Positions 36,236 to 46,509 of a stretch of DNA of 64,000 bases are shown one piece after another (the first letter of the stretch is position 1; every line of letters begins with the position of its first letter). A program made the position numbers and the translations under genes. The notes beneath the pieces are model-generated. The model had not been told where the DNA came from. It did no database searches and saw only the letters and a list, made by a program, of their open reading frames with translations. This stretch comes from a bacterium. GTDB lineage: Bacteria > UBA8248 > JACPRG01 > G963555815. The stretch spans positions 512,001 to 576,000 of the forward strand of contig CBDHDG010000005.1 of assembly GCA_965261595.1 (NCBI GenBank). The letters are read 5' to 3'.

Positions 36236-37321
36236 TCATCGCAGCTTCAACGTGCTGAGGCTGAAGAGGGCCAGGATGACGGCGATGATGAAGAAGCGCA
36301 CCACCACCTTGGGCTCTTCCCATCCCTTCAGCTCGAAGTGGTGGTGGAGCGGGGCCATCCGGAAGATCCGCCGGCCGGTCAACTTGAACGAGACCACCTG
36401 GAGAATGACCGACACCGCTTCCAGGACGAAGATTCCGCCGGCGATGACCAGCGCGGCTTCCTGCCGCGTCACCACCGCGATGGTCCCCAGCGCCCCCCCG
36501 AGGGCGAGCGCCCCTACGTCGCCCATGAACACCTGGGCGGGATAGCTGTTGAACCACAGGAATCCCAGGCAGGCGCCCAGCATTCCCCCGCAAAAAACCG
36601 TCAGCTCCCCCGCCCCCGTTACGTAGATGACCTGAAGATAGCGGGAAAACAGGACGTTTCCGGCCACGTACGTGAAGAGCACGAAGGCCATGGTGGCCAC
36701 GAGGATAGGGCCCAGCGCGAGTCCGTCCAGACCGTCGGTGAGGTTCACCGCGTTGGAGGTGCCGGTGACGACCACCAGGACGAAGAAGATGTACCCGACG
36801 CCCAGGTACGGAAAGACGTTTTTGAAGAACGGGACCGCCAAGCGCCCCTGGAGGTCCGGGTTGACGGGGTCGTACAGAAGGAAGACCGCGATCGCCAGCC
36901 CCACGACGGCCTGGGCGGAAATCTTGGAGGAGGCCCGGAGTCCCTTTCCGTTGTTCCTCGTGATTTTCAGGTAGTCGTCCACGAATCCGATGGCGCCGAA
37001 ACCCATCGTGGCGAACAGGACCAGCCAGATATAAGGGTTCGTCAGGTCCGCCCAGAGGAGCGTGGGGAAGACCAGGGCCAGAATGATCAGGAGCCCCCCC
37101 ATGGTAGGCGTGCCGGTTTTGGCCCGGTGCCGTTCCGGGAGATCCTCCCGGACCGCCTGGTTGGGCTGGATGGATTTCAGGTACTTAATCAAGCGCGGAC
37201 CCACGAGGAAGCTGATGAGCAGTCCCGTCAGGATGGCGAAGGCCGTTCTCAGTGTGATGTACTGAAACAGGTTGAAAAAGACGTGGACGTCTTTCAAGGG
37301 CGCCAGGAACAGGTAAAGCAT
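36236..37321 (-). CDS. mraY: Phospho-N-acetylmuramoyl-pentapeptide transferase
   Basis: GTPTMGG, DDYLK, NAVNLTDGLDGLA, VFMGDVG, MAPLHHHFE. Confidence 0.99.
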   Translation of the reverse strand: MLYLFLAPLKDVHVFFNLFQYITLRTAFAILTGLLISFLVGPRLIKYLKSIQPNQAVREDLPERHRAKTGTPTMGGLLIILALVFPTLLWADLTNPYIWLVLFATMGFGAIGFVDDYLKITRNNGKGLRASSKISAQAVVGLAIAVFLLYDPVNPDLQGRLAVPFFKNVFPYLGVGYIFFVLVVVTGTSNAVNLTDGLDGLALGPILVATMAFVLFTYVAGNVLFSRYLQVIYVTGAGELTVFCGGMLGACLGFLWFNSYPAQVFMGDVGALALGGALGTIAVVTRQEAALVIAGGIFVLEAVSVILQVVSFKLTGRRIFRMAPLHHHFELKGWEEPKVVVRFFIIAVILALFSLSTLKLR

Positions 37322-38838
37322 CAGGTGGACCTTTTCTTGTCTTGCAACGGGTTTCTTCCCCTACGGATTTCTCCGGACCTCTTTTTTCCCCGGGAGGCGG
37401 CCTTCACGGCCGGCCGAAGCCCCTCCAGGATCCGCTCCATTCCCATTCCCCGGGAGCCCTTGAGAAGGATCCAATCCCCGGACCGCGTGTGACGTCTCAG
37501 CCACCGGGCGGCTTCGGCGTGCGTCTCGCACACGGTGACGCGCCGTCGGTTCATCCCCCGCTTCAGTGCTTCGTCGGCCATCAGGCGGGCGTGTTTGCCC
37601 AGGACCAACAGGTGATCGATACGCCCGCCGGGCTGTTCCGCCAGGCGCGCGACGGCGGCGCCGATGGATCGGTGGGCGGCGGCCGCGCGCCGGCCCAGCT
37701 CGAGCATGTCTCCCAGGACCGCCACGGACCGGCCGCCGTTGGTCAGACCGGCGAAGGTCGCGAGCGCCGCCGCCATCGAGTCCGGGTTGGCGTTGTACGC
37801 GTCGTTCACCACGTGAAGACCCTCGGGCAGGTCCAGGACTTCCATCCGCATCGGGGCGGGCCGGAATTCCTCCAGACCCGCCGCCACGTCGTCGGCGCCG
37901 ACGCCCAGGGTCCACGCCACCGCGGCGGCGGCCAGGGCGTTGGCCACGTTATGCTCGCCCGGCGTCCGGAGTCGGACATCGCGCCGCTCCGTCCCCATCC
38001 GTAGGGTGAAGGCCATGCCCGACTTGCCCAGGGACCGCACATCCGCGGCCTGCACGTGGGCGGCGGCCAGCCTGCCGAACAGGACGATCCGTCCTTCCAT
38101 GTCCCGGCCGTAGCGCTCGGCCACGTCCAGACAGTGGGGGTTTTCGGCGTTCAGCACCATCATGCCCCGTCCCCGCTCCGCCATGACCTGGACCATCTCG
38201 GCCTTGGCGTCGCGGACCCCGGCGACCGTCTTCAGAAACTTCAGGTGAACCGGCCCGATGTTGGTGATCACGCCGACCGTGGGGCGGGCGATTTCCGTGA
38301 GCCGCCGGATCTCCCCCGGGCGGTTCATCCCCAGCTCCACCACCGAGGCCTGGCGCCCGCTGTCCAGCCGGAACAGGGACAGGGGCAGGCCGAAGAAGTT
38401 GTTCAGATTCCCTTCCGACTTGTGGACCCGCCATTTTCGGCTCAGGACGGCCGCCGTCATGTCCTTCGTGCTGGTCTTCCCGCTGCTGCCGGTGACGGCC
38501 GTCAGGTGAAGATGAAATCGCCGCCGGTGGAAGGCGGCCAGATCCCCCAGGGCGCGGGTGGTGTCCTCGACCGTGATGAGCGACGCCTTCGCGGGCCAGT
38601 CGGACGTCCGCGCGCCGAGGCGGTCCCCCTGGACCAGGATCGCCGCCGCGCCGCGTTCCAGGGCCTGGGGGATGAAGCGGTGCGCGTCCTGCCGCTCGCC
38701 GACGACGGGGATGAACAACTCGCCCGGACCCGCAGTCCGGGAGTCGATGGCAATCCCCTTGATGGTCCGGCGTCTTCCTCTTTTTACGATGACGCCGCCC
38801 GTGGCCGCCTTCACCTCTTCCACCGTCATTCGGGGCAT
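37321..38838 (-). CDS. murF: UDP-MurNAc-tripeptide--D-Ala-D-Ala ligase
   Basis: TGSSGKTSTK, ELGMNRPGEI, NDAYNANPDSM, LGDMLELG, LLKGSRG. Confidence 0.97.
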   Translation of the reverse strand: MPRMTVEEVKAATGGVIVKRGRRRTIKGIAIDSRTAGPGELFIPVVGERQDAHRFIPQALERGAAAILVQGDRLGARTSDWPAKASLITVEDTTRALGDLAAFHRRRFHLHLTAVTGSSGKTSTKDMTAAVLSRKWRVHKSEGNLNNFFGLPLSLFRLDSGRQASVVELGMNRPGEIRRLTEIARPTVGVITNIGPVHLKFLKTVAGVRDAKAEMVQVMAERGRGMMVLNAENPHCLDVAERYGRDMEGRIVLFGRLAAAHVQAADVRSLGKSGMAFTLRMGTERRDVRLRTPGEHNVANALAAAAVAWTLGVGADDVAAGLEEFRPAPMRMEVLDLPEGLHVVNDAYNANPDSMAAALATFAGLTNGGRSVAVLGDMLELGRRAAAAHRSIGAAVARLAEQPGGRIDHLLVLGKHARLMADEALKRGMNRRRVTVCETHAEAARWLRRHTRSGDWILLKGSRGMGMERILEGLRPAVKAASRGKKRSGEIRRGRNPLQDKKRST

Positions 38839-38907
38839 GATCCGTTTTCCCGGGCCGCCGCCCGCTTCGGGCCGCCGCCCGCTCCGGGCTTTCGCCCGTT
38901 CCGCGCG

Positions 38908-40452
38908 TTACATCTCGTCCGGCGCCCGCCCGCCGTAGCCCAAATCCCGCAACGCCTTGCGGGCCTCTTCCCGGTCGTCGAAATGGAGGACTTCCTCCCC
39001 GACGATCTGATAATCCTCGTGTCCCTTCCCGGCGATGACGACCGCGTCTCCGGGGGCCGCCCGGGCCAGGGCGCGGCCGATGGCCGCCCGCCGGTCCACG
39101 CACATTTCATGACTCGCGCGCCCCGTGCCGAGGCCGAGGATCCCGGGCTCGATCTCCGCCAGGATGGCTTCCGGGTCCTCCGTCCTCGGGTTGTCCGATG
39201 TGACGACGACGTGATCGGCGACTTCGGCGGCCGCGGCGCCCATCCGGGGGCGCTTGGAGCGGTCCCGGTCGCCGCCGCATCCCATGACGGCGATCAGCCG
39301 GCCGCCGATGAGCTCCCGCGCCGCCGCCAGGACGCGGCGCAGGGCGTCCTCGGTATGGGCGTAATCGACAATGACGGCAAAGGGTTGGCCCCGGTCGATC
39401 CGCTCGAAGCGGCCGGGGGCGTTTTTCAGGCGGTGCAGGCCTTCCACCACGACTTCGAGGGGAAGTCCCAGGGAGAGGCCCGCGGCCGCGGCGGCGAGGG
39501 CGTTGTAGAGGTTGTACGAACCCGCCAGGCGCAGCCGGACGGGGGTTTCTCCGGCGGGTCCGGCGAGGCGGAAGCGGAGGCCGGACCCGCCGATCTCCAC
39601 GTCCCGCGCGGTGACCGAAGCCGGCGCGGAAAGCCCGTAGGTCAACCCTGCCTCGCCGGCCGGGGTGGCCTCGACGTCGGCCCAGATGCGCTTGCCGTAG
39701 GGGTCGTCCAGGTTGACGACGGCCCTTCGGACGGGATGGCGGGTAAACAGGGAGCGCTTCGCCTCGAAATAGGCGTCGAGGGTTTCGTGATGGTCGAGGT
39801 GATCCTGTGTCAGGTTCGAGAAGACGGCGGCCTCGAAATCGGTCCCCGCGACCCGGTCGAGGCTCAGGCCGTGCGAGGAGACCTCGAGCAGGCAGTATTC
39901 CACTTCGGCGTCGGCCATCTTCCGGAGGATGCCCTGTAGATCGGGGGCCTCGGGCGTGGTTTGGCCGGCTTCCAGCTCGATTTCCGCTCCGCCGTCCGGT
40001 CCGCGGTCCCAGCGATAAGCGATGGTGCCGATGACCCCGGTCCTCACTCCGGCCGCCCGGAAGATGGATTCCATCAGATAGGTCCAGGTGGTTTTGCCGT
40101 TCGTGCCGGTGATGCCGATCACCCGTAGGTCGCCGGATGGATGCCCATAGAATGCGTCGGCGAGGCGGGCGAGGGCCCGGCGGGTGTCGGCGGTCTCCGC
40201 CAGGGCGACCGAGGAGTTGAGCCCCCGGGCCTTCGCGTCGGCCAGGTCCCGGACAATCAACCCGGCGGCGCCGCGTCCGACGGCCTCCTCCAGGTAGCGT
40301 TGTCCGTCCGTCCGCGTTCCGGACAGGGCGATGAACAGGTCGCCCGGCCGGACCTTGCGGGAGTCATAGGCGATCCCGGTGATGTCCGTATCGGGGTTTC
40401 CCGATACGGGCAACGGCCCCAACCCTTCCAGAAGTTCGCGGAGCTTCACCAT
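38908..40452 (-). CDS. murE: UDP-MurNAc-dipeptide--meso-diaminopimelate ligase
   Basis: TGTNGKTT, EVSSH, DYAHT, GCGGDRDRSKR, DNPR (meso-DAP type), AGKGHE. Confidence 0.98.
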   Translation of the reverse strand: MVKLRELLEGLGPLPVSGNPDTDITGIAYDSRKVRPGDLFIALSGTRTDGQRYLEEAVGRGAAGLIVRDLADAKARGLNSSVALAETADTRRALARLADAFYGHPSGDLRVIGITGTNGKTTWTYLMESIFRAAGVRTGVIGTIAYRWDRGPDGGAEIELEAGQTTPEAPDLQGILRKMADAEVEYCLLEVSSHGLSLDRVAGTDFEAAVFSNLTQDHLDHHETLDAYFEAKRSLFTRHPVRRAVVNLDDPYGKRIWADVEATPAGEAGLTYGLSAPASVTARDVEIGGSGLRFRLAGPAGETPVRLRLAGSYNLYNALAAAAAGLSLGLPLEVVVEGLHRLKNAPGRFERIDRGQPFAVIVDYAHTEDALRRVLAAARELIGGRLIAVMGCGGDRDRSKRPRMGAAAAEVADHVVVTSDNPRTEDPEAILAEIEPGILGLGTGRASHEMCVDRRAAIGRALARAAPGDAVVIAGKGHEDYQIVGEEVLHFDDREEARKALRDLGYGGRAPDEM

Positions 40453-40467
40453 CCCTCGGGTTTCTCT

Positions 40468-42228
40468 CTATCCCCGGCCGGAGCGGGCGCTTGCGGCCTC
40501 GCCGGCCGAAGGGGCGCTTGGCGATGACGCCCGGATTTGGCGGGCCCCTCGCGGCGGAACACGGAGGTAGCGGAGGGTCTTCTCCGCGATTTCGCGGAAG
40601 ACGGGGGCGGCCACGGCGCCGCCGGAGATGCGGGTTTTGGGGTGGTCGATGGAGACGAAGATCACCACTTTGGGGCGCTCGGCCGGGGTGAATCCGACAA
40701 ACGAGGCGACGTATCGGTCCTCGGAATAGGCTCGCGTGGCCGCGTCGATCTGCTGGGCGGTGCCCGTCTTGCCGGCCGCCGAATACCCCCGGGGCTTCGC
40801 GGCCCTGCCGGTTCCGCGTTGAACCACGCCGGTCAGCATCTTCCGGAGGGTCCGGGCCGTTCGGGCGCTCATGGCCCGCCGGACGATCTTCGGCGCGAAA
40901 ACGCGCAACGATGCCCCTTGGTCCCGAATCTCTCTGACGATCCTCGGCCGCATGAGGTAGCCGCCGTTGGCGACGGCGCCGTACGCCAGGGCCACCTGGA
41001 GGGTCGTGACGGAGACCTCCTGCCCCAACGGCGCCGCCCCGATGGAGGAGCGGGTCCACTGACGGACGGGGCGGATGAGCCCTGGAGATTCCGCGGGCAG
41101 GCCGGAGCGGGTGGAGGCGCCGAAGCCCAGGAGGCGGATGGTGCGATGCAGGTTGGCGGCGCCGACGCGCTGTGCGATCCGGATGGTGCAGATGTTGCTG
41201 GACACTTCAAGGATTCGGGCCACGGTGAGGACGCCGTGCGGGCGCGCGTCGCGGATCTTCCTGCCCGCCACGCGGAAGCGGCCCTTCCGGCAGTCGAAGG
41301 TGTCCGTCGGAGACCCGCCGCGGGTTTCGAGATAGGCCGCCATGGTGGCGATCTTGAATGTGGAGCCCGGCTCGAACACGGTGGTGATTCCGGGGATCCC
41401 CCGCATCCCGGGCGAGTCGGTGCGAAACCGGTTGGGATTAAAGGGCGGAGAGACGGCCAGCGCCAGCACCCTGCCCGTTTCAGGCTCCAGGACGAGCGCG
41501 GTCCCGGAACGGGCCCGGGTGGATTCGACGGCGCGGCCGAGTGCGGTCTCGGCGAAGTGCTGGACCGCCTCGTCGATGGTGAGGACCACGTCGGCGCCTT
41601 TCCTGGGCGGACGCTGAAGGATCTCGAGGGGGTAGAGATCGCGGCCCCGGCCGTCCCGCGAGACCCGGATGGTTCCGGGCAATCCCCGCAGGTAGGGGTC
41701 GAAGGCATACTCCAGGCCCTCCAGCCCCTTGTTGTCGATGCCCACGAATCCCAGCAGGTGGCCGGCCAGCGGTCCTTTGGGGTAGTGTCGCTTGCCCTCC
41801 GGAACCGCCGCGACCCCGGCGAGGTTCAGCTCGCGCACCCGCTTCGCCTCTTCCGGCGTCGATTGCCGGCGCAGCCAGACGAAGGGTTTCCCGGAGGTCA
41901 GTTTCTTGCGCAATTCCGGTTCGGGCAGCGTCAGATTTTTGGAGAGGAGCCGGGCGGCGACAGTCGGCCTTGCCAGGGCGGCCGGCCGTACAAAGATTGA
42001 ATCGGCAAGGACGCTCAGGGCGAGAGTCCGACTGCGCCGGTCCATGATGGTCCCACGCTGAGGCTGGATGGGAACGCTCTTTGCGTACTGCCGCTTCGCC
42101 CGGCTCAGGGTGAGCTGGTTTGGGGTCACCTGCAACTGATACAGCCGTGCGGCGACCATCCCCAGTCCCGCCAGGAGCAGGACGAGGAAGAAGCGTTGGC
42201 GACGCCGGAATCCTTCCAAGGATGTCAC
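40468..42228 (-). CDS. ftsI: Class B penicillin-binding protein FtsI (PBP3)
   Basis: RGTIMDR, STFK (SxxK), SSN, KTGT; GTG at 42228 overlaps the ftsL stop. Confidence 0.96.
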   Translation of the reverse strand: MTSLEGFRRRQRFFLVLLLAGLGMVAARLYQLQVTPNQLTLSRAKRQYAKSVPIQPQRGTIMDRRSRTLALSVLADSIFVRPAALARPTVAARLLSKNLTLPEPELRKKLTSGKPFVWLRRQSTPEEAKRVRELNLAGVAAVPEGKRHYPKGPLAGHLLGFVGIDNKGLEGLEYAFDPYLRGLPGTIRVSRDGRGRDLYPLEILQRPPRKGADVVLTIDEAVQHFAETALGRAVESTRARSGTALVLEPETGRVLALAVSPPFNPNRFRTDSPGMRGIPGITTVFEPGSTFKIATMAAYLETRGGSPTDTFDCRKGRFRVAGRKIRDARPHGVLTVARILEVSSNICTIRIAQRVGAANLHRTIRLLGFGASTRSGLPAESPGLIRPVRQWTRSSIGAAPLGQEVSVTTLQVALAYGAVANGGYLMRPRIVREIRDQGASLRVFAPKIVRRAMSARTARTLRKMLTGVVQRGTGRAAKPRGYSAAGKTGTAQQIDAATRAYSEDRYVASFVGFTPAERPKVVIFVSIDHPKTRISGGAVAAPVFREIAEKTLRYLRVPPRGARQIRASSPSAPSAGEAASARSGRG

Positions 42229-42548
42229 GGCATCTCCTCTCGAACCCGGGCAAGGCTTGGCGCCTCGACCCAGAGGATTTGTCGCTGCGCCGGATCGATG
42301 AGGCCCAGGTCCCGGCGGGCGATCGTCTCGATTCGGGCAAGCGACCGAAGCTCGGCGTTCTTGAGGCGGAGACGGCGGTTTTCCCGCACCCTCCGGTCCT
42401 GCTCCGCCCGCAGCGAGTGGAATTCGTAGCGAAGCCGCAGGTCGTAAAGCCTCGGCCATGCCAGCGCGATGACCGCCGCGGCCAGGACGGGCAGGCAGAG
42501 CAGGTAGCGCCAGCTTCCCGCGCGCGCCGGACGGGGGAGTGGCTTCAC
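42225..42548 (-). CDS. ftsL: Cell division protein FtsL
   Basis: TM helix plus coiled coil, RIETIARRDLGL; lies between rsmH and ftsI; GTG overlaps the rsmH stop. Confidence 0.85.
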   Translation of the reverse strand: MKPLPRPARAGSWRYLLCLPVLAAAVIALAWPRLYDLRLRYEFHSLRAEQDRRVRENRRLRLKNAELRSLARIETIARRDLGLIDPAQRQILWVEAPSLARVREEMP

Positions 42549-43504
42549 GGTTCTTCCCTCCGCTCGGCGGATCGCAGCAGAGCGCTTCGGGACCGGGGAT
42601 TCTCTCCGATCTCGGATTCGCTCGGCCTCAGCGGCCGCTTCGTCAGGATATCGAGAAGGCGCGCCCCCCCCCCCCCGGGCTCGCCGAAGGGGGACCGGTC
42701 CGGGCCCTCGATTCCGGTCGCCAGACGCCGGAAGGTCTGCTTGACCTGCCTGTCTTCCAGCGAATGGTAGGCGAGAACGGCGATCCGTCCTCCGGGGCGC
42801 AGACGGGAAATCGCGTCCTCCAGCGCCGCCGGCAGGACGTCCAACTCGTGGTTCACGGCGATCCGAAGGGCCTGAAAGGTGCGGGTCGCCGGATGCCGCC
42901 GCGGAGGCCAAAACCGGGCGGGGATGGCTGACGCGACGATTGAGGCCAACTCATCCGTGTTTCGAATGGGCGATGTTCGGCGAACCCGGACAATGGACTG
43001 GGCGATCCGCTTCGAGAATCGCTCTTCACCGAAGGTCTTGAAGATCTCTTGCAGATCCTCGGCCGAGAGGTCGTTTACGAGATTCGCGGCTGTGATATCC
43101 TGATCCCGGTCCATCCGCATGTCCAATGGACCCGGATGCGTCCAGCCGAAGCCGCGCTCCGGTTCGTCCACTTGGGGCGAGGACATTCCCAGGTCGAACA
43201 GGGCCCCGTCGATGCGGTCGATGCCGAGGTCGTCCAGGGCCGCCGACAGATTGGAGAAATTATCCTTGACCAGGGTGACCCGGCCGCCGAAGCGGTAAAG
43301 CCGGGTCCGGGTGAAATCCAGGGCCTCGGCGTCTCGGTCCATGCCCACCAGCGTCAGGTCCGGATCGCCCGCATCGAGGAGGGTCTCGGCGTGCCCGCCA
43401 TAGCCCACCGTCGCGTCCAGGAAGATCCCCCCTCCCCTCCCCGGAAGGAGGAGATCCAGCGTCCTCTCAACCATGACGGGACGGTGGGGGTCTTGCACGG
43501 TCAT
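42545..43504 (-). CDS. rsmH: 16S rRNA m4C1402 methyltransferase RsmH (MraW)
   Basis: DATVGYGGH, DLGMSSPQ, LDMRMD, HPATRTFQALRIAVN, HSLEDR, NPRSRSA. Confidence 0.98.
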   Translation of the reverse strand: MTVQDPHRPVMVERTLDLLLPGRGGGIFLDATVGYGGHAETLLDAGDPDLTLVGMDRDAEALDFTRTRLYRFGGRVTLVKDNFSNLSAALDDLGIDRIDGALFDLGMSSPQVDEPERGFGWTHPGPLDMRMDRDQDITAANLVNDLSAEDLQEIFKTFGEERFSKRIAQSIVRVRRTSPIRNTDELASIVASAIPARFWPPRRHPATRTFQALRIAVNHELDVLPAALEDAISRLRPGGRIAVLAYHSLEDRQVKQTFRRLATGIEGPDRSPFGEPGGGGARLLDILTKRPLRPSESEIGENPRSRSALLRSAERREEP

Positions 43505-43579
43505 GATTTCCAGTGCGGCCAGGAGGGTTGGCATGGTCCCGTCTCTCTGGAGAGGGGTCGTTGTCTTGGGCCGGTTTTC

Positions 43580-44017
43580 TCAGAAACCGATGCCCGAGTT
43601 CTCGGCAATTTCCACCATCCGGTCCTGAGAAGGCTGGACTTCCTGATCCCAGCGCTCCCGGCTCCAGATCTCGAACTTCGGTCCGATGCCGGACATGTAG
43701 ACCTCTTTCTCCAGCCCGGCGCCGGTTCGGAGGTGTTCGGGAATGAGGACGCGGCCCTGTCCATCGACCTGACAATCGGCGGCGTTGGCGTAGAACATCC
43801 GGAGGAAATTGCGGACGTCCTGCCGGCTGGTGTCCAGCTCGCGCGCCTTGCGCTCCACTTCCTGCCATTCGTCCATCGGGTAGGCGACCAGGCAGCGCCC
43901 GAACAGCGTGATGACGATCTGGTTTGTGCCCCTGGAGGTGAGGCCGTCCCGAAATTTGGAAGGCACACTGAGCCTTCCTTTGGGATCCAATTTGACTTGG
44001 TGCTTCCCGATGAACAT
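43580..44017 (-). CDS. mraZ: Transcriptional regulator MraZ
   Basis: Two SpoVT/AbrB motifs, DPKGRLSVP and DGQGRVLIP; FEIW. Confidence 0.97.
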   Translation of the reverse strand: MFIGKHQVKLDPKGRLSVPSKFRDGLTSRGTNQIVITLFGRCLVAYPMDEWQEVERKARELDTSRQDVRNFLRMFYANAADCQVDGQGRVLIPEHLRTGAGLEKEVYMSGIGPKFEIWSRERWDQEVQPSQDRMVEIAENSGIGF

Positions 44018-44027
44018 GATGGATTTT

Positions 44028-44093
44028 CCCCACTTCCACCCACTTTGTACCGATCTATCCCAAAATAATGGCACCGCGCGGTATCCCTGTCAA
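44028..44093 (-). promoter_or_regulatory. dcw promoter and MraZ-binding GTGG repeats
   Basis: Minus strand TTGACA (44093-44088)-N17-CATTAT, then AAGTGGG repeated at 10-nt spacing just before the mraZ ATG. Confidence 0.7.
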
Positions 44094-44377
44094 GGGAGAA
44101 ACCCGATTATTTTGACGAAAATTAGACAAATATCCTAAGCGTTTCACAAAATTATTTTCCGCGTTTCGGGGTGCCGGATTGCGGGTTGGATGGTTCTCTT
44201 TTTCACCTTCTTACAATCGAATTATAAACCTTGGATACGGTTCCGGTGTGGCGGGAAATATCCTTCATTGAGTAGGGTTGTGCTCAACGCCTCTATCTCA
44301 TTGAAATAGGAAGGCCTGGGTCTGTTGCGCTGTTTGACGACGAAGCGCCGCTTCGGTTTCCGACGCATTTAGAAATC

Positions 44378-44392
44378 GCAAAGGGCGTACCA
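44378..44392 (-). promoter_or_regulatory. Putative sigma-54 (-24/-12) promoter facing mraZ
   Basis: TGGTACG-CCCT-TTGC, one mismatch to TGGCACG-N4-TTGC with exact spacing. Confidence 0.55.
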
Positions 44393-44512
44393 ATGGGAGG
44401 CAACGGAGTGCGGGGGGGGGGGAGGGAGGGGGCGCGAAGCAGGGTGGAACCCTTGTGGAAGATGGCGTGGCGGCCGCCACCAGGTGAAATGGGAATCCTT
44501 CCCGGGGCCGGC

Positions 44513-44548
44513 AAAAGAAAAAGGGAGGGTCCATGGCCCCTCCCTTTT
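44513..44548 (-). terminator. Rho-independent terminator of the cytochrome c gene (possibly bidirectional)
   Basis: AAAAGGGAGGG/CCCTCCCTTTT stem followed by TTTTTCTTTT on the minus strand. Confidence 0.8.
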
Positions 44549-44588
44549 GTAGATTGAATTCGGGTTGAGACTCAGCGCGCCGAGCGTC

Positions 44589-45062
44589 TCATTTCTTTTT
44601 CGGCGGGATGTGGCGCACCTTGCGGACCGCGGGCAGCGGTTTCAGGGTGCGCAGGTAGGCGACGATGGCGTTCAGGTCCTCCCGGGTGATGTTCTTGTAC
44701 CAGTTATACGCCATCGGCGGGAGCATCTTCGCGCCGTCCTTGCGGACGCCGTTCGTGATGGCGATCTTGATCTGCCGGTCCGTCCAGTCGCCGATGCCCG
44801 TCTTCTTGTCGGGCGTGAGATTGGCCGAGAAGATCGTCCCCCAGGGACCGTGGAAGGGGAAGCCGCCGGCGCTCTTCCTACTCATGTCGCGTCCGCGCTT
44901 GCCCATGGGCGTGTGGCAATCCAGGCAGTGGCTGATGGCCACCAGGTATTCACCGTACTTGACCTTGTCAGCCCTCGAAACGTCGGGCACGCTGCCCAAG
45001 GGTGGGCCATAGGCCGGGGGAAGCGGTATGCGATAAACCGATTTTTTGACCTTGTTCTTGAT
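44589..45062 (-). pseudogene. 5'-truncated c-type cytochrome (C-terminal domain of a probable diheme cytochrome)
   Basis: YGEYL, CLDCH, ANLTPDKKTGIGDWT, PPM, DLNAIVAYLRTL; frame runs into the IS end at 45063 with no signal peptide or first domain. Confidence 0.85.
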
Positions 45063-45150
45063 TGACCTGCCCCCCTGAAACCGGTCCGGTTTGAGAGTTA
45101 GGATTTTCGCACGGCTTTCGGGACTGGATTGGCCTAGAAAGGGGGCAGTG

Positions 45151-45429
45151 ATGAGTCGGAAGCGATTCACCGCGGAGCAGATCATCCACAAGCTTCGTCA
45201 GGCCGAGGTGGAGTTGGCCAATGGGCAGAGGATGGCTCAGGTCTGCAAGACGCTGGGGATCTCCGAGCAGACCTATTACCGGTGGCGGCGGGAGTACGGA
45301 GGCCTGCGCCTGGACCAGGCGAAACGACTGAAGACACTGGAGCAGGAAAACGCCCGGCTAAAGAAGCTGGTGGCCGAGCAGGCCCTGGATAACGCCATCT
45401 TGAAGGAGGCCTCCCAGGGAAACTTCTGA
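45151..45429 (+). CDS. IS3-family OrfA
   Basis: MSRKRFTAEQIIHKLRQAE...SEQTYYRWRREYGG...LEQENARLKKLVAE. Confidence 0.93.
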   Translation: MSRKRFTAEQIIHKLRQAEVELANGQRMAQVCKTLGISEQTYYRWRREYGGLRLDQAKRLKTLEQENARLKKLVAEQALDNAILKEASQGNF

Positions 45430-46243
45430 GCCCGCCTGCGCGGCGGCGGGCGATGGAGCATGTGCGGGAGAAGCTGAGCGTGTCCGAACGTCGCGCCTGC
45501 CGGGTGCTGGGTCAGGCCCGCTCGACTCAGCGGCGCTCTGCCCAGGTCCCTGACGATGAGGCCCGTTTGGTGGCGCGGGTGACAGAGCTGGCGAGCGAGT
45601 ACGGACGGTACGGCTACCGGAGGATAACGGCTCTGTTGGAAAGAGAAGGCTGGCGAGTGAATCACAAGGGGGTGGAGCGGATCTGGCGCCAGGAAGGCCT
45701 GAAGGCGCCGAAGAGACAGCCCAAGCGAGGGCGTTTATGGCTGAACGACGGCTCTTGTGTTCGCAAGCGTCCGTCTTATCGGAATCATGTGTGGTCCTAC
45801 GACTTCCTGGCCGCGAGGACGCACGATGGGCGGCCTTTACGGATGCTGGCTGTGATGGATGAGTTGACCCGGGAGCGCTTGGCCCTTGATGTAGAGAGAA
45901 GACTCAACTCCGAGGACGTCCTGGACCGCCTCACCGAGTTGTTCGTCCGGCGTGGCCTGCCGGCTTATATCCGCTCGGACAACGGGGCGGAGTTCACGGC
46001 GAATGCGGTGAGAGGGTGGCTCACCCGTCTTGGGGTGAGAACGCTTTACATCGAGCGGGGCAGTCCCTGGGAGAACGGCTATGTGGAGTCCTTCATCGGC
46101 AAGCTGCGCGATGAGCTGCTCAACGGGGAGATCTTCTCCCAGATATCCCATATGGATCATAACTTTTGTCGGACCGGAGGACATTTTCTGGAGTAAAATC
46201 AATGCATGAGCCTCCCCGAGCCATCCTCTCGCGGGGTAATCCA

Positions 46244-46509
46244 ATGGGTGAAGCGAAAAAGTGGGCGTTGAAGGTCCGTTTTGAGCGTCGGCTGAGGCTT
46301 GAGTTTCACGGAACCAGAATGACTTCGGATGCGGGATTGCTGGCCTGCCGAGAGGGATCAAGCACTGGTCGTTACGCGGCCTTCAGCTTAAGCTCCTCAA
46401 AATGGGCGGCCGGCTCGTGCGGTACGCCCGCCACATCACCTTCTAGTTGGCCGAGGTCGGTGTATCCAGGAAGACATTTGCCCTTATCTTGGAGAGAATC
46501 AAGCGATGA
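46244..46509 (+). pseudogene. IS1380 transposase remnant (N- and C-termini joined by a large deletion)
   Basis: [37 protein letters not shown] joined to IKHWSLRGLQLKLLKMGGRLVRYARHITF*LAEV. Confidence 0.85.
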
